Shown here: piece by piece, positions 1-9,323 of the stretch
How positions within the stretch are numbered: the first letter of the stretch is position 1
Layout of the letters: each line of letters opens with the position of its first letter
Virus record (IMG/VR): IMGVR_UViG_3300044512_003393
Span: 1 to 27,519 of that record
Origin: a virus
Taxonomy: Duplodnaviria > Caudoviricetes
Length of the DNA: 27,519 bases
Strand: one strand, 5' to 3'
Translations under genes and position numbers: made by a program
The notes under the pieces: generated by a model
What the model was told of the DNA's origin: nothing
The model's database searches: none
The model's input: only the letters and a program-made list of their open reading frames with translations

Positions 1-1
1 T

Positions 2-1267
2 ACTGATACGGTGCGCGCCGTTACTCCGGCCGGTGTTGCTGGATTCACAGGTTCAGCTAACGTTGTTACTGTTGGTACTATCACAACTGGTACTTGGCAA
101 GGTAGTGCAATTAGTACAGCTTATATTTCTAACCTCAGCGGCACTAATACAGGTGATGAACCGGCCGCTAGTGCAACGGTTGCTGGTATTGTAGAATTAG
201 CTACCACAGCTGAAACAACAACAGGCACAGATGCAACACGAGCTGTTACGCCAGATGGTCTGAAAGATGGTTATCAAGGTTCAACAAATGTAACAACCCT
301 CGGTACAATTACAACAGGTACTTGGAATGGTTCTGCGATTAGTACAGCTTATATTTCTAACTTAAGCGGTACAAATACTGGCGATGAACCAGCAGCGAGT
401 GCTACAGTAGCCGGTATTGTTGAGTTAGCAACTACGGCCGAAACAACTACAGGAACAGATACAACAAGAGCGGTAACACCTGATGGATTAAAAGATGGAT
501 ATCAAGGATCGACTAATGTAACAACACTTGGTACTATCACAACTGGTACTTGGAATGGTAGTGTCATTGCTTCTGCGTACCTTGATTCTGACACTGCCCA
601 TCTATCCGGCACACAAACTTTCTCCGGACTTAAAACATTTTCTGCTAACGTAGTTGTTTCAGCCGGTTATCTTTCGGTTGGTAGTGATACTTCAGGTCCT
701 GTTGGATTTTCTGTCAATGATGGCGGTGGTAATGCCAATGTATGGTGGAATGAAAGAGGAAATGCAAAACAAACGGCAGGCTTCAACTCAGCTAGAATTG
801 ATGTTAACGTAGATGCATCTAGTGGCGCAACGATGAATCTAGGTGTTGGTTCCGGTGCATCATTGGCAACAAATAGATTATCATTAACAGATGCAGGTGG
901 TACATTCAATGGTGAGTGTGATGCCGATACTTTCCAAGAAGCACTTACAACATCAACTGGCGGATCATATGCCGTAAATTGTACTACAGCTGGTGTACAT
1001 TGGAGAACATTAAACGCTGCGTGTACTGTATCATTTACAAATACACCAGATAGCAATACATCTAAATCAATAACACTTGTATTCCAACAAGATGCTACTG
1101 GTGGTAGAGTAATTACATGGCCAACAACGAATTGGTATTGGGCTGAGAATATTGAACCACCTCAATCTACTGGTGCAAATGATATCGACGTATATAATGT
1201 ACAAATTATAAATAACGGTGGAACACTCTATTACTATGCTTCTCTCGGCGTAAAGAACGCTAGCTAG
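2..1267 (+). CDS. Tail-fibre-like protein, 5'-truncated (C-terminal part)
   Basis: The frame is open from the window edge (TDTVRAVTP...), so the GTG at 11 is probably not the real start. It has T4 gp34/gp12-type fibre repeats (ASATVAGIVELATTAETTTGTDxTRAVTP) and a C-terminal QQDATGGRVITWP domain of a kind common in phage fibre proteins. Confidence 0.75.
   Translation, partial: TDTVRAVTPAGVAGFTGSANVVTVGTITTGTWQGSAISTAYISNLSGTNTGDEPAASATVAGIVELATTAETTTGTDATRAVTPDGLKDGYQGSTNVTTLGTITTGTWNGSAISTAYISNLSGTNTGDEPAASATVAGIVELATTAETTTGTDTTRAVTPDGLKDGYQGSTNVTTLGTITTGTWNGSVIASAYLDSDTAHLSGTQTFSGLKTFSANVVVSAGYLSVGSDTSGPVGFSVNDGGGNANVWWNERGNAKQTAGFNSARIDVNVDASSGATMNLGVGSGASLATNRLSLTDAGGTFNGECDADTFQEALTTSTGGSYAVNCTTAGVHWRTLNAACTVSFTNTPDSNTSKSITLVFQQDATGGRVITWPTTNWYWAENIEPPQSTGANDIDVYNVQIINNGGTLYYYASLGVKNAS
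40..570 (+). repeat. 76-aa (228-nt) tandem repeat, about 2.3 visible copies, inside the fibre gene
   Basis: TTAGTACAGCTTATATTTCTAAC occurs at 111 and 339. The protein units are nearly identical and differ mostly at synonymous sites. Confidence 0.9.
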
Positions 1268-1281
1268 AAAATTTAAGATTT

Positions 1282-1289
1282 TATAAATA
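1282..1289 (+). promoter_or_regulatory. T4-type late promoter (gp55 -10 box)
   Basis: Perfect intergenic TATAAATA about 40 nt upstream of the ATG at 1327. A second TATAAATA lies at 1207-1214 inside the upstream gene. Confidence 0.85.
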
Positions 1290-1326
1290 AATTAATAAGT
1301 TAATGCTTTAATCAAGGAGACCAATA

Positions 1327-1731
1327 ATGGCAACATTAACACATCCAACTTCAACGCGTGACGCCATCACCAATGCGGTGGTTGATTTGATCGACGGCGG
1401 TACTGGTACTGCAAACGGTGCACTCGTTTTTCTTACAGCAGGCGATGCTGAAGTAGCTTCACTGAATATGAGCAATCCGGCTTTTGATGCATCAGGTACA
1501 ACTGGTGGTAACTCTGCCGGTGTAGCTACTGCAGAAGCTATTTTTGCTAACACTAACTGTAATGAAGGTACTGTTACTAAATTCGAAGTACGTGACCGCG
1601 ACGGAGGCGTTGTCTTTCAGGGTGACGTTACCGATGATGCAGGTACTGGCTCTATTCAGTTGTCTTCTACCAATATTGGTTCAGGCGATACACTGTCAGT
1701 AAGCACACTTACTTACACAGCTCCAGCTTAA
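1327..1731 (+). CDS. Small beta-rich virion structural protein (134 aa), putative fibre subunit
   Basis: Strong SD (AAGGAGA), own late promoter and downstream terminator. Gly/Thr/Ala-rich with a pattern (RDAITNAV...PAF...GTVTKF...LSSTNI..GDTLSVS.LTYTAP) I recall from small phage structural proteins. Confidence 0.75.
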   Translation: MATLTHPTSTRDAITNAVVDLIDGGTGTANGALVFLTAGDAEVASLNMSNPAFDASGTTGGNSAGVATAEAIFANTNCNEGTVTKFEVRDRDGGVVFQGDVTDDAGTGSIQLSSTNIGSGDTLSVSTLTYTAPA

Positions 1732-1745
1732 TATAATGTTTTTCT

Positions 1746-1771
1746 TGGGTAACTACATATTCAGTTACCCA
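1746..1771 (+). other. Intergenic inverted repeat (9-bp stem, 8-nt loop)
   Basis: TGGGTAACT-acatattc-AGTTACCCA. Confidence 0.6.
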
Positions 1772-1789
1772 CCCGGTAAACTGAAATTT

Positions 1790-1816
1790 ACAAACAGGCT
1801 TTCGGGCCTGTTTGTT
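1790..1816 (+). terminator. UUCG-loop hairpin, probably a leaky intrinsic terminator or RNA-stabilising stem
   Basis: ACAAACAGGCT-TTCG-GGCCTGTTTGT, with a 10-bp stem plus G-U pair. UUCG loops are typical of T4-like terminators. The U-tract is weak. Confidence 0.75.
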
Positions 1817-1834
1817 ATGCATGCGAGGTAATCA

Positions 1835-4800
1835 ATGGCTGATCTCGTTCGCAGTATATATGTAGCAGATGATTACGTAGCTGTCGGCTACGTTCAAAAA
1901 TCTGAAGAAGCTGGTCATGGCTTTGCTGGTATTAGTACTAGTGCTGTTTCTGGTATTGGCGAACGTATCGCTAAAGGAACCGCCGGTGTATTTGGTCAAG
2001 GTACCAGTGCTGTTTCTGGTACCGGTGAAGTTCAAAGAGATCTTGTATCTGGATTCGATGGTATCGGTCAAAGCACCGTATCTGGTACTGGCGAAAGACA
2101 AATAGATCAAACCTCCGGATCTCTTCCTACTAATACAGGTTCCACTTCCGGAACTGGCGAACGTCAAATTGATCAAACCTCTGGTTCACTGCCTACTAAC
2201 ACAGGATCTACATCTGGTGTTGGTGAACGTCAAATTGATCAGACTTCTGGTTCTTTACCTACAAATACTGGTTCGGCATCTGGTGTTGGCGAGAGACAAA
2301 TAGATCAAACCTCTGGATCTTTGCCAACAAATACTGGTTCTACAACTGGTATTGGTGAACGACAAATTGATCAAACCTCTGGATCTTTGCCAACAAATAC
2401 CGGATCAACATCAGGTACCGGCGAAAGAACTGTAGTTCAAACTTCTGGTAACTTACCTACAAATACTGGATCGGTTTCTGGCACGTCTGAAAGAGATATA
2501 ACTGGTGCTGGATCACTACCTACAAATACCGGATCAACATCAGGTATTGGTGAACGACAAATTGATCAAACCTCTGGATCTTTACCTACTAATACCGGTT
2601 CTACTTCTGGTACTGGTGAACGTCAAATTGATCAAACATCCGGATCGCTACCAACGAATACAGGTTCTACAGCTGGTGCCGGCGAGAGAACAATTGTTGG
2701 AACTTCTGGAAATCTATTAGCAAATGCTGGATCGGTTTCTGGCACGTCTGAAAGAGATATAACTGGTACTGGATCGCTACCAACGAATACAGGTTCTACA
2801 ACTGGTACTGGTGAACGTGAAATAGTAGTTGTTTCAGCTATAGGTGGTATCAATTCTTCATCGATTAATGCAATCGGTGAACGAGAAGTTAAATCTACAG
2901 ATGGCACGGTGACACCATCTACAACATCTGTAGTGTCATCAATTGGCGAAAGAACTGTCACACAATTTTCCGGTGCACTTGCTATACAGACAGCCGGATC
3001 AACGTCTGGTACCGGTGAGCGTCAAATAGATCAAACCTCCGGATCTCTCCCTACTAATACAGGTTCTACATCTGGTACCGGCGAGCGGCAAATTGATCAA
3101 ACCTCGGGTTCGTTGCCTACTAACACAGGATCTACATCTGGTGTCGGTGAAAGACAAATCACAGCAGCGGATAATCTGCCAACAAATACTGGTTCTACTT
3201 CTGGTATTGGTGCAAGAACAATTGTTCAAACATCTGGTAATCTTGAATCTAATAATAGTTCACTAAGTGGAACATCAGAAAGAGAAAACACATCTACATC
3301 AGGTAATCTTGTTGCCGATAATAATTCTACGACCGGTGTAGGTGAAAGACAGGTTGTTATAACTTCAGGATCTTTGCCAACTAATACTGGATCAACGTCT
3401 GGTGTTGGTGAGCGACAAATAACTGCAACCGATAATCTACCAGCCATTACATCATCGACTTCTGGTGTTGGTGAACGTCAGATTGATCAAACCTCCGGAT
3501 CATTACCAACTAATACTGGTTCTACAGCTGGTACTGGTGAACGTCAAATTGATCAAACATCCGGATCATTACCTGCAAATATTGGCTCAGCGTCAGGTAC
3601 TGGTGGAAGAGAAGCTGTTTCAACTTCTGGATCTCTACCTACTAACACTGGTTCTACTTCTGGTATTGGTGAGAGAAATATTACGATTGAAGCCGGCTTT
3701 GATGGTGTAGGCACATCATCTATATCTAGCACTGGTGAAAGAAATATTACGGGTACTGGCGTACTATCTTCTGATAACGGATCGACATCTGGTATCGGCG
3801 AGCGTCAAATTGTCCAGACTTCTGGTTCATTACCAACCAATACGGGATCAACGGCTGGTACTGCTGAAAGACAAATCGATCAAACTTCTGGTTCACTGCC
3901 TACCAATAACGGATCAGTTTCTGGTATTGGTGAACGAGTTGCAGAAGGTACAGCTGGAATCTTTGGTATAGGAACAAGTGCTGTATCATCTATTGTTGAA
4001 AGAACTGTTGTTGGTACTTCTGGTAACTTAGAATCAAATGTTAGCAGTGCAAATTCAACTGGCGAACGTCAAATAGATCAAACCTCTGGTTCACTACCAA
4101 CTAATACTGGATCAACGTCTGGTGTTGGTGAAAGAGATGTAACTGGTACTGGTTCTTTACCAACTAATACTGGATCAACATCCGGTGTCGGTGAAAGAAA
4201 TATTGTAGCTGAAGCGACTGGTGTCGACGGCATCCAAAATGGATCAGCTTCGGGTATTGGTGAAAGAAATATTGTAGCTGAAGCAATTGGCATTGATGGT
4301 ATTCAAACTGGATCCGTCACAGCAATTGGTGAACGTATAATTGTTGTCATTGCTGGTGTTGATGGTATTCAAACTGGTTCAACTTCAGGTACTGGTGAAG
4401 GAAATAGAACAGGATCAGGATCGTTTGTAGCTACAGATGCATCATTGAGTGGTATCGGTGAACGTCAGATTGATCAAACATCCGGATCATTGCCTGCAAA
4501 TACTGGCTCGACGGCTGGTACCGGTGAACGACAAATTGATCAAACAACTGGATCATTACCAACTAATACTGGTTCTACCTCTGGTGTTGGTATTCGTAAG
4601 ATTACCCAACCAATTGGGAATATTCTTTTTGCTGCCGATAGTTCGGCATCTGGTGTCGGTGAGAGACAAATAGATGTAACAGATGGTATTGTTCAACCTA
4701 ATACATCGAGCGCTAGCGGTACAGGTATTAGATCAATTGTACAAACTGCATTTAGTACTGCATCTATTACATCAGACGTAGATGGTACCGTTGAACGGGA

Positions 4801-6673
4801 AATTGTACAAACCGCAGAGGCGTTACCAACCAATACTGGATCCGTTTCCGGAGAAGGTGGATCGTTTACTTTAATAGGTGTCGTATCTGCAGATCTGCAA
4901 GCAACAACCGAAGGATCTACTTCAGGTTCAGGTATAAGAACGGTTGTTTTAGCTGACGGTATAATACAAGAAGATGTATCTGAAGCAAGCGGCAGTGGCG
5001 GAAGAGAAGTTAAGCAGACATCTGGTACGATAGCTACAAACGATGCATCAGTGTCAGGTATCGGCGAGCGTGTCGCTGAAGGTACCGCTGGAATATTTGG
5101 CCAAGGAACAAGTACTGTATCTGGTACGGGTGAAAGAAATGTAACCGCACTCGGCATCGATGGCATTCAAGAAGGATCTACTTCTGGTTCTGGTGAAAGA
5201 ACAGCAGTAAGTGTTGATGGATTTGATGGTATTCAATCTTCTGCTTCTAATGGATCGGGTATACGACAAGTTGTTTCTGTCGACGAATTAAATGGTATTG
5301 GTGATTCATCAATATCAGGTATTGGTGAAAGATCAACTACATCTAATGGTGATCTACAATCTGACGATGCCAGTGTAAGTGGTATAGCTGAAAGAGAAAT
5401 TACTGCTACAGGTACAATAACGAGTAATGATGGATCTACATCAGGTACTGGTGAGCGTGAAATAATTGCGACCGGTATAGATGGTATTTTATCTGGCTCG
5501 ACAGGCGGTGTCGGCGAAAGAAGTTCTAATGTAACAGGCATAAACGGAATTCAGTCTGGTTCAGCTTCGGGTATTGGTGAAAGAGCTGTATTAGTTAATG
5601 GTGCACTCACACCAACTACAGTAGCTGTAATATCATCAATCGGTGAAAGAACTATTACACAGTTTAATGGTTTCTTAGCACAACCTACTGGACAAGCTGT
5701 ATCAGCCACCGGTGAGCGAGAAATCACTCAAACTTCTGGATCTCTACCTACTAATACAGTATCTGTTTCTGGTACAGTAGAACGAGAAATTGTACAAACG
5801 GCTGAAGCATTACCAACCAATACTGGTTCGACATCTGGGGTTGGTGAAAGAGAAATAACCGGCACTGATAATCTACCAACCAATACTGGTTCGACATCTG
5901 GGGTTGGTGAAAGACAAATTACCGCAATAGATAATCTACCAACTAATACTGGTTCTACTTCTGGTATTGGTAAAAGAACAATTGTTCAAACTTCCGGGTC
6001 GTTGCCAACCAATACAGGATCTGTATCTGGTACGTCTGAAAGAGAAATAACCGGCACTGATAATTTACCAACCAACACAGGATCAACGTCTGGTTCTGGT
6101 GAAAGAGAAATAAAACTTGTTGATCAGGCATTCCCAGTTCAATATAGTGTTATATCTGGTATAGGTAAACGTTCAATAATTTCTACCGGTGGATCACTGG
6201 TTGCTGATAATTCAGAAGTGATTGGTTCTGTAATAAGAACTGTTAAATCATTATCAGCGAACTTCGAAGCTCAATTAGGATCAGTAAGTGGTGCTGGAGA
6301 TTTAGATCCACTTATAAAAACTGGATCTGGTACATTACAAGCAGGAAATTCTCAAGTCTTAGGTGCTGACGGCGAGAGAGAAATTACTCAAACGGCATAT
6401 GATCCGCCGGCGCTTACTGCATCTACTTCTGGATTAGGTGCGCGAGTTGACTCACTCGTCACGGCCGGTATATTTGGAATCGGTGTTTCAAGTATTCAGG
6501 CAGTTGCAAAAGCAACAGTATTTACACAAATTAGAGTTGATACTGGATTTGAAGACACTATTACAATCACTTCAGAAAAAGATCATGAAATTAGAGTTAT
6601 TGGATTTGAAGATACTGTTACAATCACTTCAGAAGAAGATCAAGAAATTAGAATTATTTCACAGGCCAGTTAG
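1835..6673 (+). CDS. Large tandem-repeat virion protein (1612 aa, about 70 repeats of 21-22 aa)
   Basis: SD GAGGT. Consensus unit GERQIDQTSGSLPTNTGSTSG(T/V/I). It lies directly upstream of gp13. Function is inferred. Confidence 0.8.
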   Translation: MADLVRSIYVADDYVAVGYVQKSEEAGHGFAGISTSAVSGIGERIAKGTAGVFGQGTSAVSGTGEVQRDLVSGFDGIGQSTVSGTGERQIDQTSGSLPTNTGSTSGTGERQIDQTSGSLPTNTGSTSGVGERQIDQTSGSLPTNTGSASGVGERQIDQTSGSLPTNTGSTTGIGERQIDQTSGSLPTNTGSTSGTGERTVVQTSGNLPTNTGSVSGTSERDITGAGSLPTNTGSTSGIGERQIDQTSGSLPTNTGSTSGTGERQIDQTSGSLPTNTGSTAGAGERTIVGTSGNLLANAGSVSGTSERDITGTGSLPTNTGSTTGTGEREIVVVSAIGGINSSSINAIGEREVKSTDGTVTPSTTSVVSSIGERTVTQFSGALAIQTAGSTSGTGERQIDQTSGSLPTNTGSTSGTGERQIDQTSGSLPTNTGSTSGVGERQITAADNLPTNTGSTSGIGARTIVQTSGNLESNNSSLSGTSERENTSTSGNLVADNNSTTGVGERQVVITSGSLPTNTGSTSGVGERQITATDNLPAITSSTSGVGERQIDQTSGSLPTNTGSTAGTGERQIDQTSGSLPANIGSASGTGGREAVSTSGSLPTNTGSTSGIGERNITIEAGFDGVGTSSISSTGERNITGTGVLSSDNGSTSGIGERQIVQTSGSLPTNTGSTAGTAERQIDQTSGSLPTNNGSVSGIGERVAEGTAGIFGIGTSAVSSIVERTVVGTSGNLESNVSSANSTGERQIDQTSGSLPTNTGSTSGVGERDVTGTGSLPTNTGSTSGVGERNIVAEATGVDGIQNGSASGIGERNIVAEAIGIDGIQTGSVTAIGERIIVVIAGVDGIQTGSTSGTGEGNRTGSGSFVATDASLSGIGERQIDQTSGSLPANTGSTAGTGERQIDQTTGSLPTNTGSTSGVGIRKITQPIGNILFAADSSASGVGERQIDVTDGIVQPNTSSASGTGIRSIVQTAFSTASITSDVDGTVEREIVQTAEALPTNTGSVSGEGGSFTLIGVVSADLQATTEGSTSGSGIRTVVLADGIIQEDVSEASGSGGREVKQTSGTIATNDASVSGIGERVAEGTAGIFGQGTSTVSGTGERNVTALGIDGIQEGSTSGSGERTAVSVDGFDGIQSSASNGSGIRQVVSVDELNGIGDSSISGIGERSTTSNGDLQSDDASVSGIAEREITATGTITSNDGSTSGTGEREIIATGIDGILSGSTGGVGERSSNVTGINGIQSGSASGIGERAVLVNGALTPTTVAVISSIGERTITQFNGFLAQPTGQAVSATGEREITQTSGSLPTNTVSVSGTVEREIVQTAEALPTNTGSTSGVGEREITGTDNLPTNTGSTSGVGERQITAIDNLPTNTGSTSGIGKRTIVQTSGSLPTNTGSVSGTSEREITGTDNLPTNTGSTSGSGEREIKLVDQAFPVQYSVISGIGKRSIISTGGSLVADNSEVIGSVIRTVKSLSANFEAQLGSVSGAGDLDPLIKTGSGTLQAGNSQVLGADGEREITQTAYDPPALTASTSGLGARVDSLVTAGIFGIGVSSIQAVAKATVFTQIRVDTGFEDTITITSEKDHEIRVIGFEDTVTITSEEDQEIRIISQAS
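1950..6520 (+). repeat. Coding tandem repeat with 66-nt (sometimes 63-nt) period
   Basis: The Glu codons of successive GER anchors lie at 2093 and 2159 (66 nt apart). I counted about 69-70 GER-like anchors by hand. Confidence 0.92.
6544..6657 (+). repeat. 57-nt (19-aa) tandem duplication at the C-terminus of the repeat protein
   Basis: GFEDTITITSEKDHEIRVI / GFEDTVTITSEEDQEIRII; TGGATTTGAAGA occurs at 6544 and 6601. Confidence 0.9.
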
Positions 6674-6675
6674 AA

Positions 6676-6683
6676 TATAAATA
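6676..6683 (+). promoter_or_regulatory. T4-type late promoter for the gp13 operon
   Basis: Intergenic TATAAATA about 30 nt upstream of the gp13 ATG, which has SD GGAG. Confidence 0.85.
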
Positions 6684-6713
6684 AAACAGTCATATTTTAT
6701 AACGGAGACAAAG

Positions 6714-7457
6714 ATGGCAGTTCCATCATCCAGAGACGATTTTAAAGAATATTGTTTACGTGCTCTCGGAAAACCAGTGATAGAAATTAATGTTGCTGAC
6801 GAACAGGCTGAAGATCGCATTGATCAAGCTCTTCGTTTTTATTGGGATTATCATTTCGACGGCACAGAAAAAATTTATTTTAAACATGAAGTAGATGCCA
6901 ATACAATTGCAAATGGTTACATTGATATGCCAGAGAACATTATTGGCGCAGTAAAAATGTTTCCTATTGGCGATCCTAGTACATCATCAGGCGATATCTT
7001 TAATATCCGATATCAGATCGCGCTCAACGATTTATATACACTTACTAATGTTGCTCTTGTTGATTATTATATGACCATGGAACACTTATCACTTGTACAA
7101 GAGTTATTGGTAGGTAAACCACAGATTAGATATAATCGTCATCGCAATCGATTACATATCGACGAAACAAAACAAGATTTAACCGAAGGCGAGTTTTTGC
7201 TTATCGAAGCATACGAGCTCGTTGATCCGTCTGTATACACTGATGTTTGGGCAGATCGATGGTTGCAACACTATACTACACAATTAATCAAAAGACAATG
7301 GGGATCTAATCTAATCAAATTTGAAGGTATGCAATTGCCCGGCGGCGTTACATTTAATGGTAGACAATTATATGATGACGCTGAAGGAGAGATTAGAAGA
7401 CTAGAAGATGAGATGATTAATAATTACAGCTTACCTGTAATGGATATGATTGGCTGA
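6714..7457 (+). CDS. gp13: Neck protein (head-tail adaptor)
   Basis: LRALGKPVIEINV, DYHFDG, KRQWGSNLIKFEGMQLPGGVTFNG motifs; synteny. Confidence 0.95.
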   Translation: MAVPSSRDDFKEYCLRALGKPVIEINVADEQAEDRIDQALRFYWDYHFDGTEKIYFKHEVDANTIANGYIDMPENIIGAVKMFPIGDPSTSSGDIFNIRYQIALNDLYTLTNVALVDYYMTMEHLSLVQELLVGKPQIRYNRHRNRLHIDETKQDLTEGEFLLIEAYELVDPSVYTDVWADRWLQHYTTQLIKRQWGSNLIKFEGMQLPGGVTFNGRQLYDDAEGEIRRLEDEMINNYSLPVMDMIG

Positions 7458-7503
7458 ACACTAGCCGTTATAGGCATTATAAAACAAAAATCAGGAAATG
7501 TAA

Positions 7504-8232
7504 ATGGCTACTAACGTCTATTTTGACAATTTTACGAATACACCAGAACAAAATCTCATAGAAGATCTTGTTATCGAGTCTATTCGTATCTACGGCCACG
7601 ATCTATATTATTGTCCTCGTACTGTTAACAATTACGATAATACATATAACGAAGATGCTACATCATCTTATGATAGTTCTTATTATGTAGAGATGTACAT
7701 AAAGAACGTAGAAGGATTTGAAGGAGAAGGAGATTTCCTTTCTAAATTCAATATTCAAATCAGAGATGAAATTACATTTACGATAGCTAATAAAGTATAT
7801 AACGAAACAATCGGTGACTTTAATGATACACCACGGCCAAGAGAAGGCGATCTTTTATTCATGCCTCTCACTGAGAAAGTATATGTAATTAAGTTTGTTG
7901 AACACGAATCAATATTTTATCAAATGGGTTCATTACAAGTATTTGATTTGCGGTGCGAACTCTTCGAATATAGCGGTGAAACACTAAATACTGGTGTAAC
8001 TCAAATTGATGATCTACAAGAGAAGTATTCACAATCACCTGATGCAGATGATGGTTTACAAAGAGATGCTAATAACAATGTTATCATAGATGCAAATACA
8101 GGTCGGCCTCTCGGCGTTTCAAGTGACTGGAATCCGGATGATCCATTCTCAGATAATGCAGATTTACAGAGTGCTGCAAACTTTATCGATTGGTCTGAAC
8201 AAGATCCATTTAGCGAAGGTGGTAGATACTAA
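7504..8232 (+). CDS. gp14: Neck / head-closure protein
   Basis: EQNLIEDLVIESIRIYG, GFEGEGDFLSKF, RPREGDLLF, FYQMG, CELFEYS motifs; synteny. Confidence 0.95.
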   Translation: MATNVYFDNFTNTPEQNLIEDLVIESIRIYGHDLYYCPRTVNNYDNTYNEDATSSYDSSYYVEMYIKNVEGFEGEGDFLSKFNIQIRDEITFTIANKVYNETIGDFNDTPRPREGDLLFMPLTEKVYVIKFVEHESIFYQMGSLQVFDLRCELFEYSGETLNTGVTQIDDLQEKYSQSPDADDGLQRDANNNVIIDANTGRPLGVSSDWNPDDPFSDNADLQSAANFIDWSEQDPFSEGGRY

Positions 8233-9323
8233 TGTTCGGTAGAACTTATTTCCATGACACGATGAGAAAATATGTCATCTTATTTGGCACGCTGTTCAAT
8301 GATGTATGGATTAATCGTGAAGATTCAGATGGTAATGTAAAAGATGTAATAAAGGTACCGCTGACATACGGTCCACGCGATAAACATCTGGCTAGAATTC
8401 AAGGTATATCAAATGATTACGATCCATTGTCACAAGAATTCGCAATGGTTGTTCCTCGAATGGGATTCGAAATAACTGGATTTACTTATGCGCCTGAAAG
8501 AAAATTACCTACGATACAAAAATATACAGTAGAAGACGTAGACGAGAACAATCAGCGTAGATATTATCAATACAATCCAGTACCATACGATATTACATTC
8601 AGTCTTGCGTGTTTTGTTAAAAACTCAGTTGATGGTACTAGAATTGTAGAACAAATACTACCATATTTTACTCCAGAATGGACAACTACCGTCCAACTTA
8701 TTGACGAGCCAGATATTACTGTTGATATACCGCTAGTGTTAAACACAGTTGGATTAGATGAAATATATGAAGGATCTTATGAAGATAGACGTACACAGAT
8801 CTGGAATTTAGAATTTACGATGAAGTGTATGCTATTCGGTCCAATCTATGATCAAAAAGTTATTAAGCTTGCAAATACACAAATATTTGATGCTACATTA
8901 TATGATGATATTAGTGATTCATTCGGTGAATTAAATCCTGCATCTAAAATAATCGTTCAGCCAGGTTTGCTAGCAAATAACCAACCGACTATATATACAT
9001 CATTGAATGTTGTACAAGCTACGGCGGTAGCAACAATATTAGATGGTGAAGTAACTGATATTGTAATTTCTGAAGCTGGCTTAGGTTATAAGGAAGCTAC
9101 TATTACTATCACCGGCGGCGGTGGCACTGACGCTACAGCAACAGCTACTATAGTGAGTGATAGCGTATCAATAATTAATGTTACAAATGGAGGTTCAGGT
9201 TATACATCTACTCCAACAGTAACAATCTCGGCTCCAGATTTAGAATCGTTGTCAGCCAGTGAAATCACCGATGATAATAACTATGGAATAGCTGAAACTA
9301 CTCAAGCGATATATCCTGAATAA
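8232..9323 (+). CDS. gp15: Tail sheath stabiliser / tail terminator with C-terminal extension
   Basis: YVILFGTLFND, KVPLTYGP, PRMGFEI, YNPVPY, IVEQILPYFTP motifs. Coupled to gp14 through TAATG. Confidence 0.93.
   Translation: MFGRTYFHDTMRKYVILFGTLFNDVWINREDSDGNVKDVIKVPLTYGPRDKHLARIQGISNDYDPLSQEFAMVVPRMGFEITGFTYAPERKLPTIQKYTVEDVDENNQRRYYQYNPVPYDITFSLACFVKNSVDGTRIVEQILPYFTPEWTTTVQLIDEPDITVDIPLVLNTVGLDEIYEGSYEDRRTQIWNLEFTMKCMLFGPIYDQKVIKLANTQIFDATLYDDISDSFGELNPASKIIVQPGLLANNQPTIYTSLNVVQATAVATILDGEVTDIVISEAGLGYKEATITITGGGGTDATATATIVSDSVSIINVTNGGSGYTSTPTVTISAPDLESLSASEITDDNNYGIAETTQAIYPE

Noticed and set aside
1950-6520. 66-nt periodicity resembling a CRISPR array
   Set aside because: The repeats are in-frame and coding with third-position variation. 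There are no unique spacers and no cas genes.
6544-6657. 57-nt duplicate as a DGR template/variable repeat pair
   Set aside because: It is tandem and in-frame, the differences include a C/T change that is not adenine-specific, and there is no reverse transcriptase in the window.
1835-6673. Calling the 1612-aa gene wac (fibritin) or a tail tape measure
   Set aside because: Only the position matches wac. The Gly/Ser/Thr/Pro-rich sequence has no heptad or helical character.
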